NCBI GenBank assembly: GCA_017464845.1
Contig: JAFTYD010000011.1
Span: 1-61,473, forward strand
From: Clostridia bacterium
GTDB taxonomy: Bacteria; Bacillota; Clostridia; Christensenellales; UBA1242
DNA: 61,473 bases
Direction: 5' to 3'
In this document: in pieces, positions 31,143 through 41,225 of the stretch
Position numbering within the stretch: the stretch's first letter is position 1
Layout: each line of letters starts with the position of its first letter
Made by a program: the position numbers and the translations under genes
Notes under the pieces: model-generated
What the model saw: only the letters and a program-made list of their open reading frames with translations
Told to the model about the DNA's origin: nothing
Database searches by the model: none

Positions 31143-32215
31143 AAAATAATATCATCTCCTTTTAAGGCTTGTAAACCAACATTTGCAATTTTATTTTTAT
31201 CTTCCTCACTTAAATTTTCATCTTGAAAAACAAGTTTCAAAAATTCTGCTTTAAGTGATGTTTCTTCTTCCATATATTTTGAAATATTAAATTTAACATT
31301 TGAATTATCAACTATTTCAAAGTAATAAAATTTATCTTTATAAAAATTTTCTAAAATATTTGCAAAACCATTACAATCTTCATCTTTTGTTCCAATAAAA
31401 ATTATTCTAACAAAATCTTTTTCATTTAAATTTTTAAATATATTTTCTAAATTTAATTTATAATCTTCTATTGTATATAAATTTGTAACATCTATTTCTT
31501 TTTTAATAAATTCTCTTTGTGCAAATTTTATAAATTCATAAGAAATTGTTTGCTCAACTTCTAATAACATAAAACCTTTTTCACCACATTCATCAAAACC
31601 TCTACCTTCTAAACAACCCGGATAACAATAAACACCTCTATCATCTATTTTATCCATGCTTGACATATGAATATGACCCAATGCTAAATAATCAATATTT
31701 TTATTTTTAAGTTTCTTTAAATCAATATATAAATTTGATTGAGCATTTGAAAAAACATCTCCATGTAACATTAATATATTTTTATAGTTTTCAGAAAAAA
31801 CTAAATTTTCATAAAAACTATTTATATTATCTTTTGTTAAATTTAATCCAGATATATTAATATTACCGATTTTAAAACTTGATAATTTATCATCAAATAC
31901 AATAAAATTATCTGGACAATCATCTTCAAAAATATTAAAATTGTCATCATGATTTCCACATACATAAAAGAATGTAATCTCACTATTTGCTGAAATTTCA
32001 CTCTTTAAAACATTTTTTGTTGATACTCTAGCAGAATTACTATCAAACAAATCTCCACTAATTAAAATAGCTTTTACATCATTTTCTTTTGCAAAAGAAA
32101 TCAACCTTTGAAAATTATTCAAAAGTTCATTTCTTCTTTCAGAAGATTTTGTTAAAGATAGTTTTCTTTCCATTTTTGAATCTAAATGTAAATCTGAACA
32201 ATGTATTATTTTCAT
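31139..32215 (-). CDS. YhaO/SbcD/Mre11-like metallophosphoesterase nuclease
   Basis: DLHL, GDLFD, GNHD, LHG, ALGHIH and YPGCLEGRGFDE motifs. Confidence 0.92.
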   Translation of the reverse strand: MKIIHCSDLHLDSKMERKLSLTKSSERRNELLNNFQRLISFAKENDVKAILISGDLFDSNSARVSTKNVLKSEISANSEITFFYVCGNHDDNFNIFEDDCPDNFIVFDDKLSSFKIGNINISGLNLTKDNINSFYENLVFSENYKNILMLHGDVFSNAQSNLYIDLKKLKNKNIDYLALGHIHMSSMDKIDDRGVYCYPGCLEGRGFDECGEKGFMLLEVEQTISYEFIKFAQREFIKKEIDVTNLYTIEDYKLNLENIFKNLNEKDFVRIIFIGTKDEDCNGFANILENFYKDKFYYFEIVDNSNVKFNISKYMEEETSLKAEFLKLVFQDENLSEEDKNKIANVGLQALKGDDIIL

Positions 32216-32407
32216 AAAAAAATTATAACATAACTATTAAAAAAAAATCAACAAAATTGTTTTTCTTAAACAATTATATTAAAAACCAAATTAATTTATA
32301 ATTTTTACAAGTATTAAAAATTTTTATCAAGTTATTTCATATTTATAAAAATAAAAAAAGTCCAAAAGATTTTCTTTTAGACTTTTTATTATTTATTTTA
32401 TTAATTA

Positions 32408-33925
32408 TTAAAATTTAACTGTGTTTAAGCAAATTTCTTTATCACATTTAATATAAAGTTCATTAACACAACTATCTTCATCACAGTTTATATAACATGG
32501 GTTAGAATTTGGTACACCAGATTCTAATGAATATTTAATATTCTTTGCTTTTTTAGAATAAATAGTTCCTTCTGCATTTCTAAGTTCAATAAGCATAGCT
32601 GATTGAGTTGTAAAGTTAACAGTAACTTCACCTTTACCTTTAACAGTAACATTGTTTAAACCATTTACTCCACCAAGGTAATTTAATTCAACTTCACCAC
32701 TCTTTGTAAGAATATTATTTGCTCCTACGTTTGAAGCTGTGAAATAAACATCAATATCACCTTTTACAGTTTCAACAAAAACTTCTCCAGTAGCTCCACC
32801 ATATCCATTTTTCTTAGTTTTTCCACCAATTTTTACATATCCATTTTTTGTTTTAATATAAGTTTTACCTTTTACTTCATGGATATTAATTTTTGATGAA
32901 CCACCATTTGGAATATGAAGATCTCCATCAATTTGATCCATAGTAATAATTGGAGATTCAATATCATTTTGTGATTTGTCTAAAGAAACATTACCTGTAA
33001 TATGTCCAACAGTATAATTACCTCTTTGACATCTGATATCAAGATTAGCATTAATATTATCGCAAATCAATCTACCACCAGTACATGTTAAATCTAATGT
33101 ACCAAGACCATTTGCAACGTAAACATTATCTAATTCAATTTGACCTGAAGTTGTTGAAATTTTAGCTTCATTAGTTATTGATAAGCCAACTTTCTTTCCT
33201 CCAGATGTAAATTGAGCTCCTGATCTAACATCACCTGATTTAGTTTTTAAATCAATACTTCCAATAACAGGATTTGCCATTGAAGTAAATCTGATGTCAC
33301 CTTTTGTTGTTGTAGCTTTAAGTTCTTGAATATTAATAAGTCCAGCATTGTTTGTGTCAATACCACCTATTTCAATATCACCACTTGTTGTTTTAAATAC
33401 AAATTTTGTATTATCAAAGTTTTTAGTTTCAGTAACATTTGCACCGATTCTTTCTTCATTTCCTAAATTGATAATAACAGCAACATCTTTTGAGAAGTAC
33501 ATAAATCCTGTTTGTTCAACAACAGAAACTTTCAATTTTCTGATTCCACCTTCTTCAACAGATGTTTTTATTGAATAAGAAAAATCATTTGCTTTCTTTG
33601 ATCTAACAAAACCTTTTGCATTGTTTTTAATTAAAACACTACCATCGTTTGAACTTTTATAACGATTGTTCTTATCAACAATAATTTTTGAGTAAGAACC
33701 GCTAACTTCAATAACATCATAAGAAGTTAAATCGCCTAATACTGCACCTGTTTCATCTTTAATACATTTTACGGTTCCTTTATTAGTAAAATACTCCATA
33801 CCAAAGACACTTGTTCCAGGTGAAAAAATCATAATACACATCAATATTAAGAATACTGCTAAAAATAATACAGCCAAAGTTCCAAGATAAAACAATATAC
33901 CTTTCTTCACTTTTGTTTGTGCCAT
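32408..33925 (-). CDS. DUF4097-like beta-strand repeat membrane-anchored protein
   Basis: N-terminal TM helix and repeated T.SG(D/E)I turns (TTSGDI, TTKGDI, TKSGDV, TTSGQI, TVKGDI, TKSGEV). Confidence 0.7.
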   Translation of the reverse strand: MAQTKVKKGILFYLGTLAVLFLAVFLILMCIMIFSPGTSVFGMEYFTNKGTVKCIKDETGAVLGDLTSYDVIEVSGSYSKIIVDKNNRYKSSNDGSVLIKNNAKGFVRSKKANDFSYSIKTSVEEGGIRKLKVSVVEQTGFMYFSKDVAVIINLGNEERIGANVTETKNFDNTKFVFKTTSGDIEIGGIDTNNAGLINIQELKATTTKGDIRFTSMANPVIGSIDLKTKSGDVRSGAQFTSGGKKVGLSITNEAKISTTSGQIELDNVYVANGLGTLDLTCTGGRLICDNINANLDIRCQRGNYTVGHITGNVSLDKSQNDIESPIITMDQIDGDLHIPNGGSSKINIHEVKGKTYIKTKNGYVKIGGKTKKNGYGGATGEVFVETVKGDIDVYFTASNVGANNILTKSGEVELNYLGGVNGLNNVTVKGKGEVTVNFTTQSAMLIELRNAEGTIYSKKAKNIKYSLESGVPNSNPCYINCDEDSCVNELYIKCDKEICLNTVKF

Positions 33926-34028
33926 ATTCCCTCCTTTTTCTTATTTAAAGAATAACACACTTACAACTAAAAGTCAATATTATATTATAAAAAAGTATTA
34001 TTATATTATTATGATAATAATATAAAAT

Positions 34029-34058
34029 AAAAAAGAAGGTTTCATTTAACCTTCTTTT
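34029..34058 (-). terminator. Terminator of alaS
   Basis: aaaagaaggtt-tcattt-aaccttctttt hairpin. Confidence 0.75.
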
Positions 34059-34062
34059 AAAC

Positions 34063-35874
34063 TTAATCAAGTATTGCTTTTATTCTCCTAACACCACTTG
34101 AAGAACTTTCTTCTTTCATAATTTTAAAATGGTGCAAGTCGCTAGTCCTTTTAGCATGTGGTCCACCACAAATTTCTTTACTTACATCTCCAATAGTGTA
34201 AACTTTAACATTTTCACCATATTTTGAAGAGAATACTCCAAGAGCTCCTGAATTTCTTGCTTCATCAATGCTCATTTCTTGACATACGACTTCAATATCT
34301 TTTGAAATTACATCATTTACAAAAGCTTCAAGTTCAGCAAGTTCCTCAGGTGTCATCTTATGATCTAAATTAAAGTCAAATCTTAATCTTTCAGGTGTAA
34401 TGTTTGAACCTTTTTGATAAACATCTGTTCCAAACATTTTTCTAAGACCTGCAAGCATAATATGAGTTGCTGTATGAAGCTTTGCACTTTCATTTGAAGT
34501 ATCAGCAAGCCCACCTTTGAAGGTTCCAGCAGAAGCAACTCTACTTTTTTCTTGATGTTCTGCAAAAGCTTGTTCATAACCTTTCACATCAACTTCATAA
34601 CCTTTTTCTTTTGCAAGTTCAATTGTTAATTCTACAGGGAACCCAAAAGTATCATACAATCTAAATGCTGCTTTTCCACTAATAATATTTTCAACAACTT
34701 CACCATTTTTTGCTGCAAATTCTTTATGTTTCTCAATTCCAAAAATAACTTTTTCAAATTCCTTATGACCACCTTCCAAAGCTTTTGCAAACTTTTCTAC
34801 TTCAGTCATAAGTTCATCTTTAACCTTTTGTCTGTTTGAAGCGATATCACTATAATCTTCACCATGTTCATCAACATACATATCTGCAATATCTAAGAAA
34901 TATTTTGTATCAAGTCCGATATTTCTTGCACAGTTTACAGCTCTTCTAATAAATCTTCTAAGGATATAACCTTGTTGAACATTTGAAGGTACAACTCCAT
35001 TTTCATCACCAATAACAAAAGTTGCAGAACGAAGATGATCTGTAATAATTCTGTAAGATTTTTTTGTTGAATCGTTTTCTAAATATTTTCTTTCAGCATG
35101 TTGTTCGATGAAATCAATTATCTTTCTTCTAACACCATAATCATAAACACTTTTTTCACCATTAAGAACACAGACTGTTCTTTCAAGACCCATTCCTGTA
35201 TCTATGTTTGGTCTTTCTAATTTTTGTGCTTTCTCTCCTGCATTTTCAACTTTGTATTGCATAAAAACATCATTCCAAATTTCAAGATATTTTCCACAAT
35301 CACAATCTGGAGAACATTCATCACAACACTTTGGTTTACCAGTATCATAAAACATTTCTGAATCAGGTCCACAAGGTCCAACACCACCAGCAAGAGCCCA
35401 CCAGTTATTTGAAAGATAGAAAACTTGATCTATTCCACAATCTCTCCAAGCTTTGGCAGCTTCTTCATCTCTTGGTGCAACGTCATCACCTTTGAAAACA
35501 CTCACAGCAAGTCTTTCCTTTGGAATATTTAAGTACTCTTCACTAGTCAAAAATTCATAACTTAATTTAATCATTTCTTCCTTATTACAAGCACCTAATG
35601 TCCAATTTCCTAACATCTCAAAACAAGTAAGATGGCTATCATCACCAACCTCATCAATATCAGTTGTTCTTATACATCTTTGCACATTAAAAATCTTTTC
35701 ACCTGAAGGATGTTTTTCCCCCAATAAATAAGGAACAAGTGGATGCATTCCAGCTGTTGTAAAAAGAACTGTTGCATCATTTTCTGGAATAATAGAAGAT
35801 GATGAAATTCTTTTAAATCCATGGTTTTCAAAAAACTTTATCCATAGTTCTTTTAATTCTTTATCTGTTCTCAT
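34063..35874 (-). CDS. alaS: Alanine--tRNA ligase (short form)
   Basis: LFTTAGM, HLTCFEMLGN, GPCGPDSE, IDTGMGLER, LYDTFGFP; editing domain HTATH...CGGPH. Confidence 0.97.
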   Translation of the reverse strand: MRTDKELKELWIKFFENHGFKRISSSSIIPENDATVLFTTAGMHPLVPYLLGEKHPSGEKIFNVQRCIRTTDIDEVGDDSHLTCFEMLGNWTLGACNKEEMIKLSYEFLTSEEYLNIPKERLAVSVFKGDDVAPRDEEAAKAWRDCGIDQVFYLSNNWWALAGGVGPCGPDSEMFYDTGKPKCCDECSPDCDCGKYLEIWNDVFMQYKVENAGEKAQKLERPNIDTGMGLERTVCVLNGEKSVYDYGVRRKIIDFIEQHAERKYLENDSTKKSYRIITDHLRSATFVIGDENGVVPSNVQQGYILRRFIRRAVNCARNIGLDTKYFLDIADMYVDEHGEDYSDIASNRQKVKDELMTEVEKFAKALEGGHKEFEKVIFGIEKHKEFAAKNGEVVENIISGKAAFRLYDTFGFPVELTIELAKEKGYEVDVKGYEQAFAEHQEKSRVASAGTFKGGLADTSNESAKLHTATHIMLAGLRKMFGTDVYQKGSNITPERLRFDFNLDHKMTPEELAELEAFVNDVISKDIEVVCQEMSIDEARNSGALGVFSSKYGENVKVYTIGDVSKEICGGPHAKRTSDLHHFKIMKEESSSSGVRRIKAILD

Positions 35875-36040
35875 AATAATTACCTCTTAAATAAATTCAA
35901 CATCTATTTTAGCATTTTTGTATAATAAAATCAACATAAATTAATAAATATTTTATTTAACATAAAACTAAAATAAATCACAAAAAAATTCTTAAAAATA
36001 CACAATTTTTAAAGAAAAAACACATCAAAACATAGTTTTT

Positions 36041-36775
36041 TTAATATTTTGTTTGTTTTAGGTACAAACCATTTGCAATTAAAGTTGTTCCAGTCAAACT
36101 CCTATCTCCAGTTTTTAATGCTTCTTTTATCTTTTCTAAACTCAAAAATCCCCTACCTACATCTATAATAGTTCCAACAATTATACGCACCATATTATAC
36201 AAAAAACCATTTCCTGTAACTTCAAAATAAATCTCTTTATTTTTCTTTTTTATAAGCAAACTATATATTGTACGAATGTGATTTTCACTATTTGTTTTTG
36301 ACGAACAAAAAGCAGAAAAATCATGTTCCCCTATAAGCAAATTTGCACATTCTTGCATCAAAGAAAAATCTAAATCATATTTAATAAAGCAGTAATAATT
36401 TTCTTTCAATGCACTCCTTGTTTCTCCTGTATAAATTTTATACAAATATGTCTTTTCCTTTATATCAAATCTTGCATGAAAATTATCCTTTACTATCTTA
36501 ACTTTTTTTATACATATATCACTTGGTAAAAGATTGTTAATTACATTTACTAAATTACAAACTGGAATGTTAATTTCAAGGTCAACATGAGCAGTTTGAT
36601 TTAACGCATGAACCTTGGCATCTGTTCTTCCACTTGCTTCAAGTTTTACATTATGACCTGAAATATTTTCTAAAACTTTTTCAATTTCTTCTTGAACAGT
36701 TCTTTGCCCTTTTTGTTTTTGCCAACCTGAAAAATTCGTACCATCATATTCTATTGTTAATAAATATCTTTTCAT
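36041..36775 (-). CDS. truA: tRNA pseudouridine(38-40) synthase
   Basis: EYDGTNFSGWQ, GRTDAKVHA, HDFSAF and GNGFLYNMVR motifs. Confidence 0.97.
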   Translation of the reverse strand: MKRYLLTIEYDGTNFSGWQKQKGQRTVQEEIEKVLENISGHNVKLEASGRTDAKVHALNQTAHVDLEINIPVCNLVNVINNLLPSDICIKKVKIVKDNFHARFDIKEKTYLYKIYTGETRSALKENYYCFIKYDLDFSLMQECANLLIGEHDFSAFCSSKTNSENHIRTIYSLLIKKKNKEIYFEVTGNGFLYNMVRIIVGTIIDVGRGFLSLEKIKEALKTGDRSLTGTTLIANGLYLKQTKY

Positions 36776-36816
36776 AATTATGATTATACTTTAATATTTA
36801 TCAATTTCAAAATTAA

Positions 36817-36845
36817 TTGACTAATATTTTTATTTTGACTATAAT
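36817..36845 (+). promoter_or_regulatory. Sigma-A promoter of nifJ
   Basis: TTGACT-17 nt-TATAAT, 19 nt upstream of the ATG. Confidence 0.75.
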
Positions 36846-36864
36846 ATTTTTTAAGTGAGGTTTT

Positions 36865-39800
36865 ATGAAAAAAACAACTATTGATGCAAATTCTGCTGTT
36901 GCAGAAATAACATACAAAATGTCTCAAGTTATACCTATTTATCCTATTACTCCTTCATCTCCTATGGCTGAATATTGTGATACACTTCTAGCTAAAGGAA
37001 CAAAAAATATTTTTGATGAAATTCCAACAATAACAGAATTACAATCAGAAGGTGGAGTTGCAGGAACTTTACATGGTAGTTTATCTGCTGGTGCAATGTC
37101 AACAACTTTTACATCAAGTCAAGGTTTACTTTTAATGTTACCAAACATGTTCAAAATTTCAGCAGAAGGTTTGCCTTGCGTTATTCACGTTGCAGCAAGA
37201 TCAATTGCTACCCATGCTCTTTCTATTTTTGGCGATCACTCTGATGTTATGACAGCTAGATCAACTGGATTTATTATGTTATGTTCAAATAATGTTCAAG
37301 AAGCTCATGACTTTGCTTTAATTTCTCATATACTAACATACAAAGCAAATCTTGGAGTTTTACATTTTTTTGATGGTTTTAGAACTTCTCATGAAATCCA
37401 AAAAATAGATTTAATTACTGAAGATGAAATCAAAAAAATATTACCAACAAATGAAATACAAAGTTTTAAAAATAAAAGAATGACAAGTACCTCTCCTTAT
37501 CAAAAAGGAACTGCTCAAAATCCTGATGTGTTCTTTCAAAATAGAGAAGCAATAAATCCCGTTTACAACAATGTTTATCAAAAAGCAATTGAAGTATTTA
37601 ATGAGTTTGAAAAATTTACAAATAGAAAATATTCTCCTTATGAATATTATGGTTGCAAAAATCCAGAAAACATAATTGTTGTTATGGGTAGTGCTGCTGA
37701 CACAATTGAAGAAACCTTAGATTCAGTAGAAGATGAAAAAACAGGTTTAATAAAAGTTAGACTTTATAGACCATTTTTTGAAGAAGAATTTATTAAAACA
37801 ATTCCTTCTTCTGTTAAGAATATCTGTGTTATTGATAGAACAAAAGAGCCTGGTTCAAACGAACCTCTCTTCCAAGATGTTGCCACAGCTTTAATCAAAC
37901 ACAACAAAAATATAAATTTAATTAGAGGAAGATATGGTTTAGGTGGAAAAGATTTTACACCTTATGACGTTAAAGCAATATTAAACAATTTTGAAAATGG
38001 CAAAAAAGAATTTACAGTTGGAATTGAAGACGATGTAACAAATCTTTCATTAAAACCAATTAATTTTAACCTAAATAATTTAACAAAAGAAATAAAATTT
38101 TATGGTTTAGGTTCTGATGGTACTGTATCTGCAAGCAAAAGTACAATTAAAATTATTGGAGATTTAAGTGATAACTATGTTCAAGGTTACTTTGAATATG
38201 ATTCAAAAAAATCTGGTAGTTTAACAATTTCTCATATTAGACTTAGTAATAACCAAATAAAAAGTAGATATCTTATAAACAATAGTGATATTATTTCAAT
38301 TAATAATTTTTCATTTGTTCACAAATACGATTGTCTTGATGGATTAAAAGAGAATGGAATAGTGATAATGAACTCTATTTTTAATAATCAAGAAATTGAT
38401 AAAGTTCTCCCTGATAGCTATAAGAAAACATTGATTGAAAAAAATGCTACTCTTTATGTAATCAATGCACAAAAAATTGCAAAAGAAGTTGGACTAAATA
38501 ATAAAATTAATACGATTATGGAAACAGTATTCTTTAAAGTATCCGAAATTTTAGATTACAAGAAAATTAAAGATAATTTAATTGAATCAATAAAAACAAC
38601 TTTTGCAAAAAAAGGTCAAGAAACTATTGATAAAAATATTAACGCAATAGAAAAAGCAGAAAAATCAATAGAAAAAGTAGAAACAAGTTTGTTTACATTC
38701 AAAAATTTAGAACAATCTAATAAAAATTTTGATAATAATTTCTATAAAGATATTATGTCATCAATTGAAAGTTTAAAAGGTAACGAACTCCCTGTTTCAA
38801 AATTTGATAAAAATGGAATTATTCCTACTGACACTTCAAAATTTGATAAAAGAGGAATTGCAAACGAACTCCCTGTTTGGAAGTGTGAAAATTGTATTCA
38901 ATGTGGTCAATGCGTAATTGCCTGTCCTCATAATGCTATTTCTTCATACTTAATAAAAGAAGAAGATATTGATGAAAATGATAAATCATTATTTATTGAT
39001 GCAATGGGTATGAAAGGATATAAATTTAAAATCCAAATTTCCCCAGAAGATTGTACTGGTTGTGGTATATGTGCAAATACATGCCCTGCAATTAAGAAAG
39101 CTCTTGAAATGAAACTTGCTTCTGATGAAATAGATGAAAAAACATTATTTGATATCGAAAAGATAAATTACAAGATAGTATCAAAATATAAAACAGAACA
39201 TATAACTCCTTTCTCAACTGATTTACCAAAAGGACTACAATTTAATAAATCATATTATGGATTCAGCAGTGCTTGTGCCGGATGTGGAGAAACTCCATAT
39301 ATAAAACTTGCAACAATGTTATTTGGCGAAAAAATGGTAATTGCAAATGCGACAGGTTGTTCAAGTATTTATTCAGGTTCATTCCCTTCTTGTCCATTCT
39401 TTAAAGATGAAAATGGAAAAGGTCCTGCATGGGCAAATAGTTTATTTGAAGATAATGCCGAATTTGGTTATGGTTTAAAACTTGGAAGCAAATATCATAA
39501 TACAAATGAAAGCGTTTGGATTATTGGTGGTGATGGTTGGGCTTATGATATAGGTTATGGCGGTCTAGACCATGTACTATCATCAAATGAAAATGTAAAC
39601 ATACTTGTTCTTGATAGTGAAGTCTATTCAAATACTGGTGGACAGAGTTCAAAGAGCACTCAAAGAGGAAGTATGGCAAAATTCGCAAACTCTGGAAAAT
39701 TAACTAAGAAAAAAGATTTAGTATCAATTGCAATCGCAAATAAAAATTGTTATGTAGCACAAGTAGCTCTTGGTGCAAACATGATACAATGTATAAAAGC

Positions 39801-40131
39801 ATTTAAAGAAGCAGAGGCTTTTAATGGACCAAGTATAATTATTGCTTATTCTCCTTGTGTAAATCATGGAATAAATATGTCAAAAACTATGCAAGAAATG
39901 AAAAATGCAGTTGAATGTGGTTATTGGAATTTAGTAAGATTTAATCCTGAAAATAAAGAATTGAAATTAGATTCTAAACCAAATTTTGATAAATTTATTG
40001 AATTCCTTGACGGCGAAGGTAGATTCCATAATCTAAAAGAAATTAAAGGTGAAAAGATGGATTTAATATTTGAAAAATGTAAACAAGATGCAATTGAAAG
40101 ATACGAAAATCTATTAAATCAAACAAAATAA
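36865..40131 (+). CDS. nifJ: Pyruvate:ferredoxin (flavodoxin) oxidoreductase
   Basis: YPITPSS, FDGFRTSHE, GLGSDG, two CxxCxxCxxxCP ferredoxin motifs, ACAGCGETPY and GGDGWAYDIG. Confidence 0.97.
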   Translation: MKKTTIDANSAVAEITYKMSQVIPIYPITPSSPMAEYCDTLLAKGTKNIFDEIPTITELQSEGGVAGTLHGSLSAGAMSTTFTSSQGLLLMLPNMFKISAEGLPCVIHVAARSIATHALSIFGDHSDVMTARSTGFIMLCSNNVQEAHDFALISHILTYKANLGVLHFFDGFRTSHEIQKIDLITEDEIKKILPTNEIQSFKNKRMTSTSPYQKGTAQNPDVFFQNREAINPVYNNVYQKAIEVFNEFEKFTNRKYSPYEYYGCKNPENIIVVMGSAADTIEETLDSVEDEKTGLIKVRLYRPFFEEEFIKTIPSSVKNICVIDRTKEPGSNEPLFQDVATALIKHNKNINLIRGRYGLGGKDFTPYDVKAILNNFENGKKEFTVGIEDDVTNLSLKPINFNLNNLTKEIKFYGLGSDGTVSASKSTIKIIGDLSDNYVQGYFEYDSKKSGSLTISHIRLSNNQIKSRYLINNSDIISINNFSFVHKYDCLDGLKENGIVIMNSIFNNQEIDKVLPDSYKKTLIEKNATLYVINAQKIAKEVGLNNKINTIMETVFFKVSEILDYKKIKDNLIESIKTTFAKKGQETIDKNINAIEKAEKSIEKVETSLFTFKNLEQSNKNFDNNFYKDIMSSIESLKGNELPVSKFDKNGIIPTDTSKFDKRGIANELPVWKCENCIQCGQCVIACPHNAISSYLIKEEDIDENDKSLFIDAMGMKGYKFKIQISPEDCTGCGICANTCPAIKKALEMKLASDEIDEKTLFDIEKINYKIVSKYKTEHITPFSTDLPKGLQFNKSYYGFSSACAGCGETPYIKLATMLFGEKMVIANATGCSSIYSGSFPSCPFFKDENGKGPAWANSLFEDNAEFGYGLKLGSKYHNTNESVWIIGGDGWAYDIGYGGLDHVLSSNENVNILVLDSEVYSNTGGQSSKSTQRGSMAKFANSGKLTKKKDLVSIAIANKNCYVAQVALGANMIQCIKAFKEAEAFNGPSIIIAYSPCVNHGINMSKTMQEMKNAVECGYWNLVRFNPENKELKLDSKPNFDKFIEFLDGEGRFHNLKEIKGEKMDLIFEKCKQDAIERYENLLNQTK

Positions 40132-40163
40132 AAACATATTAGAACATTTCTAATATGTTTTTT
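40130..40163. terminator. Bidirectional intrinsic terminator
   Basis: aaaaacatattagaa-cat-ttctaatatgttttt hairpin between convergent genes. Confidence 0.8.
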
Positions 40164-41141
40164 TTATTCAATAATAGCTCTTATTGGTTCGCCAGTTTCT
40201 GCATCTTGATAAGTTAACCAATATCCAAACCCTTCAATATTTTCTTCGCTTAATGGAAACCAAACAGGATATCCCGTAAGCTCCTTTGGTGGAGATTTTT
40301 GAAATACTCCTGGAACCCCATAACACACATATTTTACTTTACCTTCTTCATAAATAAGACCAAACACATAATAATCTCCATCATTCTCATATTCAACTTT
40401 TACCCATTTTGAATTTGGTAATAATTGTTCCAAAAATTCTTCTTTTTCATTCCTCTTAAATATCTTATCAATTTGCCATTTTAATTTATCATAAAATGTA
40501 AAAAAACTATTTTTTTCTTCATTTACATTTTTTACATTTTTTTCATTTAATTTCTTTTCTTCTTCTAAAATTTCAATATTTTCGCATTTTTTTGCAAAAA
40601 AATAGGTTTTATATTCACATTTTTTACATTTTTCACAATTTTCTTGACATAAAATTTCATTTTTATCTTTATCAAAATTTTCTTCTATGACATTTTCTAT
40701 TTCATCTTTTTCAGATTGACAAAAATCAATATTGTTTTCATCTAACACTTTTTTTGCATTTGAATAAGTCGAATCTTCATACAATGATGAAATGACAGCA
40801 CCAAAAATATTATCAGAATTTTCCCTCCCTTCTGATGAACCAAAAAGAAGAGGTTTTGCAATTCCTCCATTAAATTGTACTATTGCACAAGAGAATTTTT
40901 TTGGTATTTCATTAAGTTCAGAAACAAAATTATACTGCATAGAATCTACTTTATTTAAACCTGCTTTCTTAACTTTTTTATCAACATAAATCCCTAAACT
41001 GAGTAATCCATCTACTTCACCTGAAAAATTATATAATCTAACATTTCCATAAAGTGAACCATCTTTTAGTTCTAAACTTAATACTGCTTTTTCATTTGAA
41101 TTTTTTACACCTGTTAAAACAATACTCTTTTTATAAAACAT
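40164..41141 (-). CDS. Conserved hypothetical protein (Clostridia-type, Cys cluster)
   Basis: GAGG RBS before the ATG at 41141; CxxCxxC cluster and a C-terminal YGVPG...GYW domain. Confidence 0.7.
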   Translation of the reverse strand: MFYKKSIVLTGVKNSNEKAVLSLELKDGSLYGNVRLYNFSGEVDGLLSLGIYVDKKVKKAGLNKVDSMQYNFVSELNEIPKKFSCAIVQFNGGIAKPLLFGSSEGRENSDNIFGAVISSLYEDSTYSNAKKVLDENNIDFCQSEKDEIENVIEENFDKDKNEILCQENCEKCKKCEYKTYFFAKKCENIEILEEEKKLNEKNVKNVNEEKNSFFTFYDKLKWQIDKIFKRNEKEEFLEQLLPNSKWVKVEYENDGDYYVFGLIYEEGKVKYVCYGVPGVFQKSPPKELTGYPVWFPLSEENIEGFGYWLTYQDAETGEPIRAIIE

Positions 41142-41225
41142 AAAACACCTCAAATATATGTTTATTATATATGAGATGTTTTTATGATTTTAAATAAAAT
41201 TTTGTTATATTTTTTGTATTATTGT

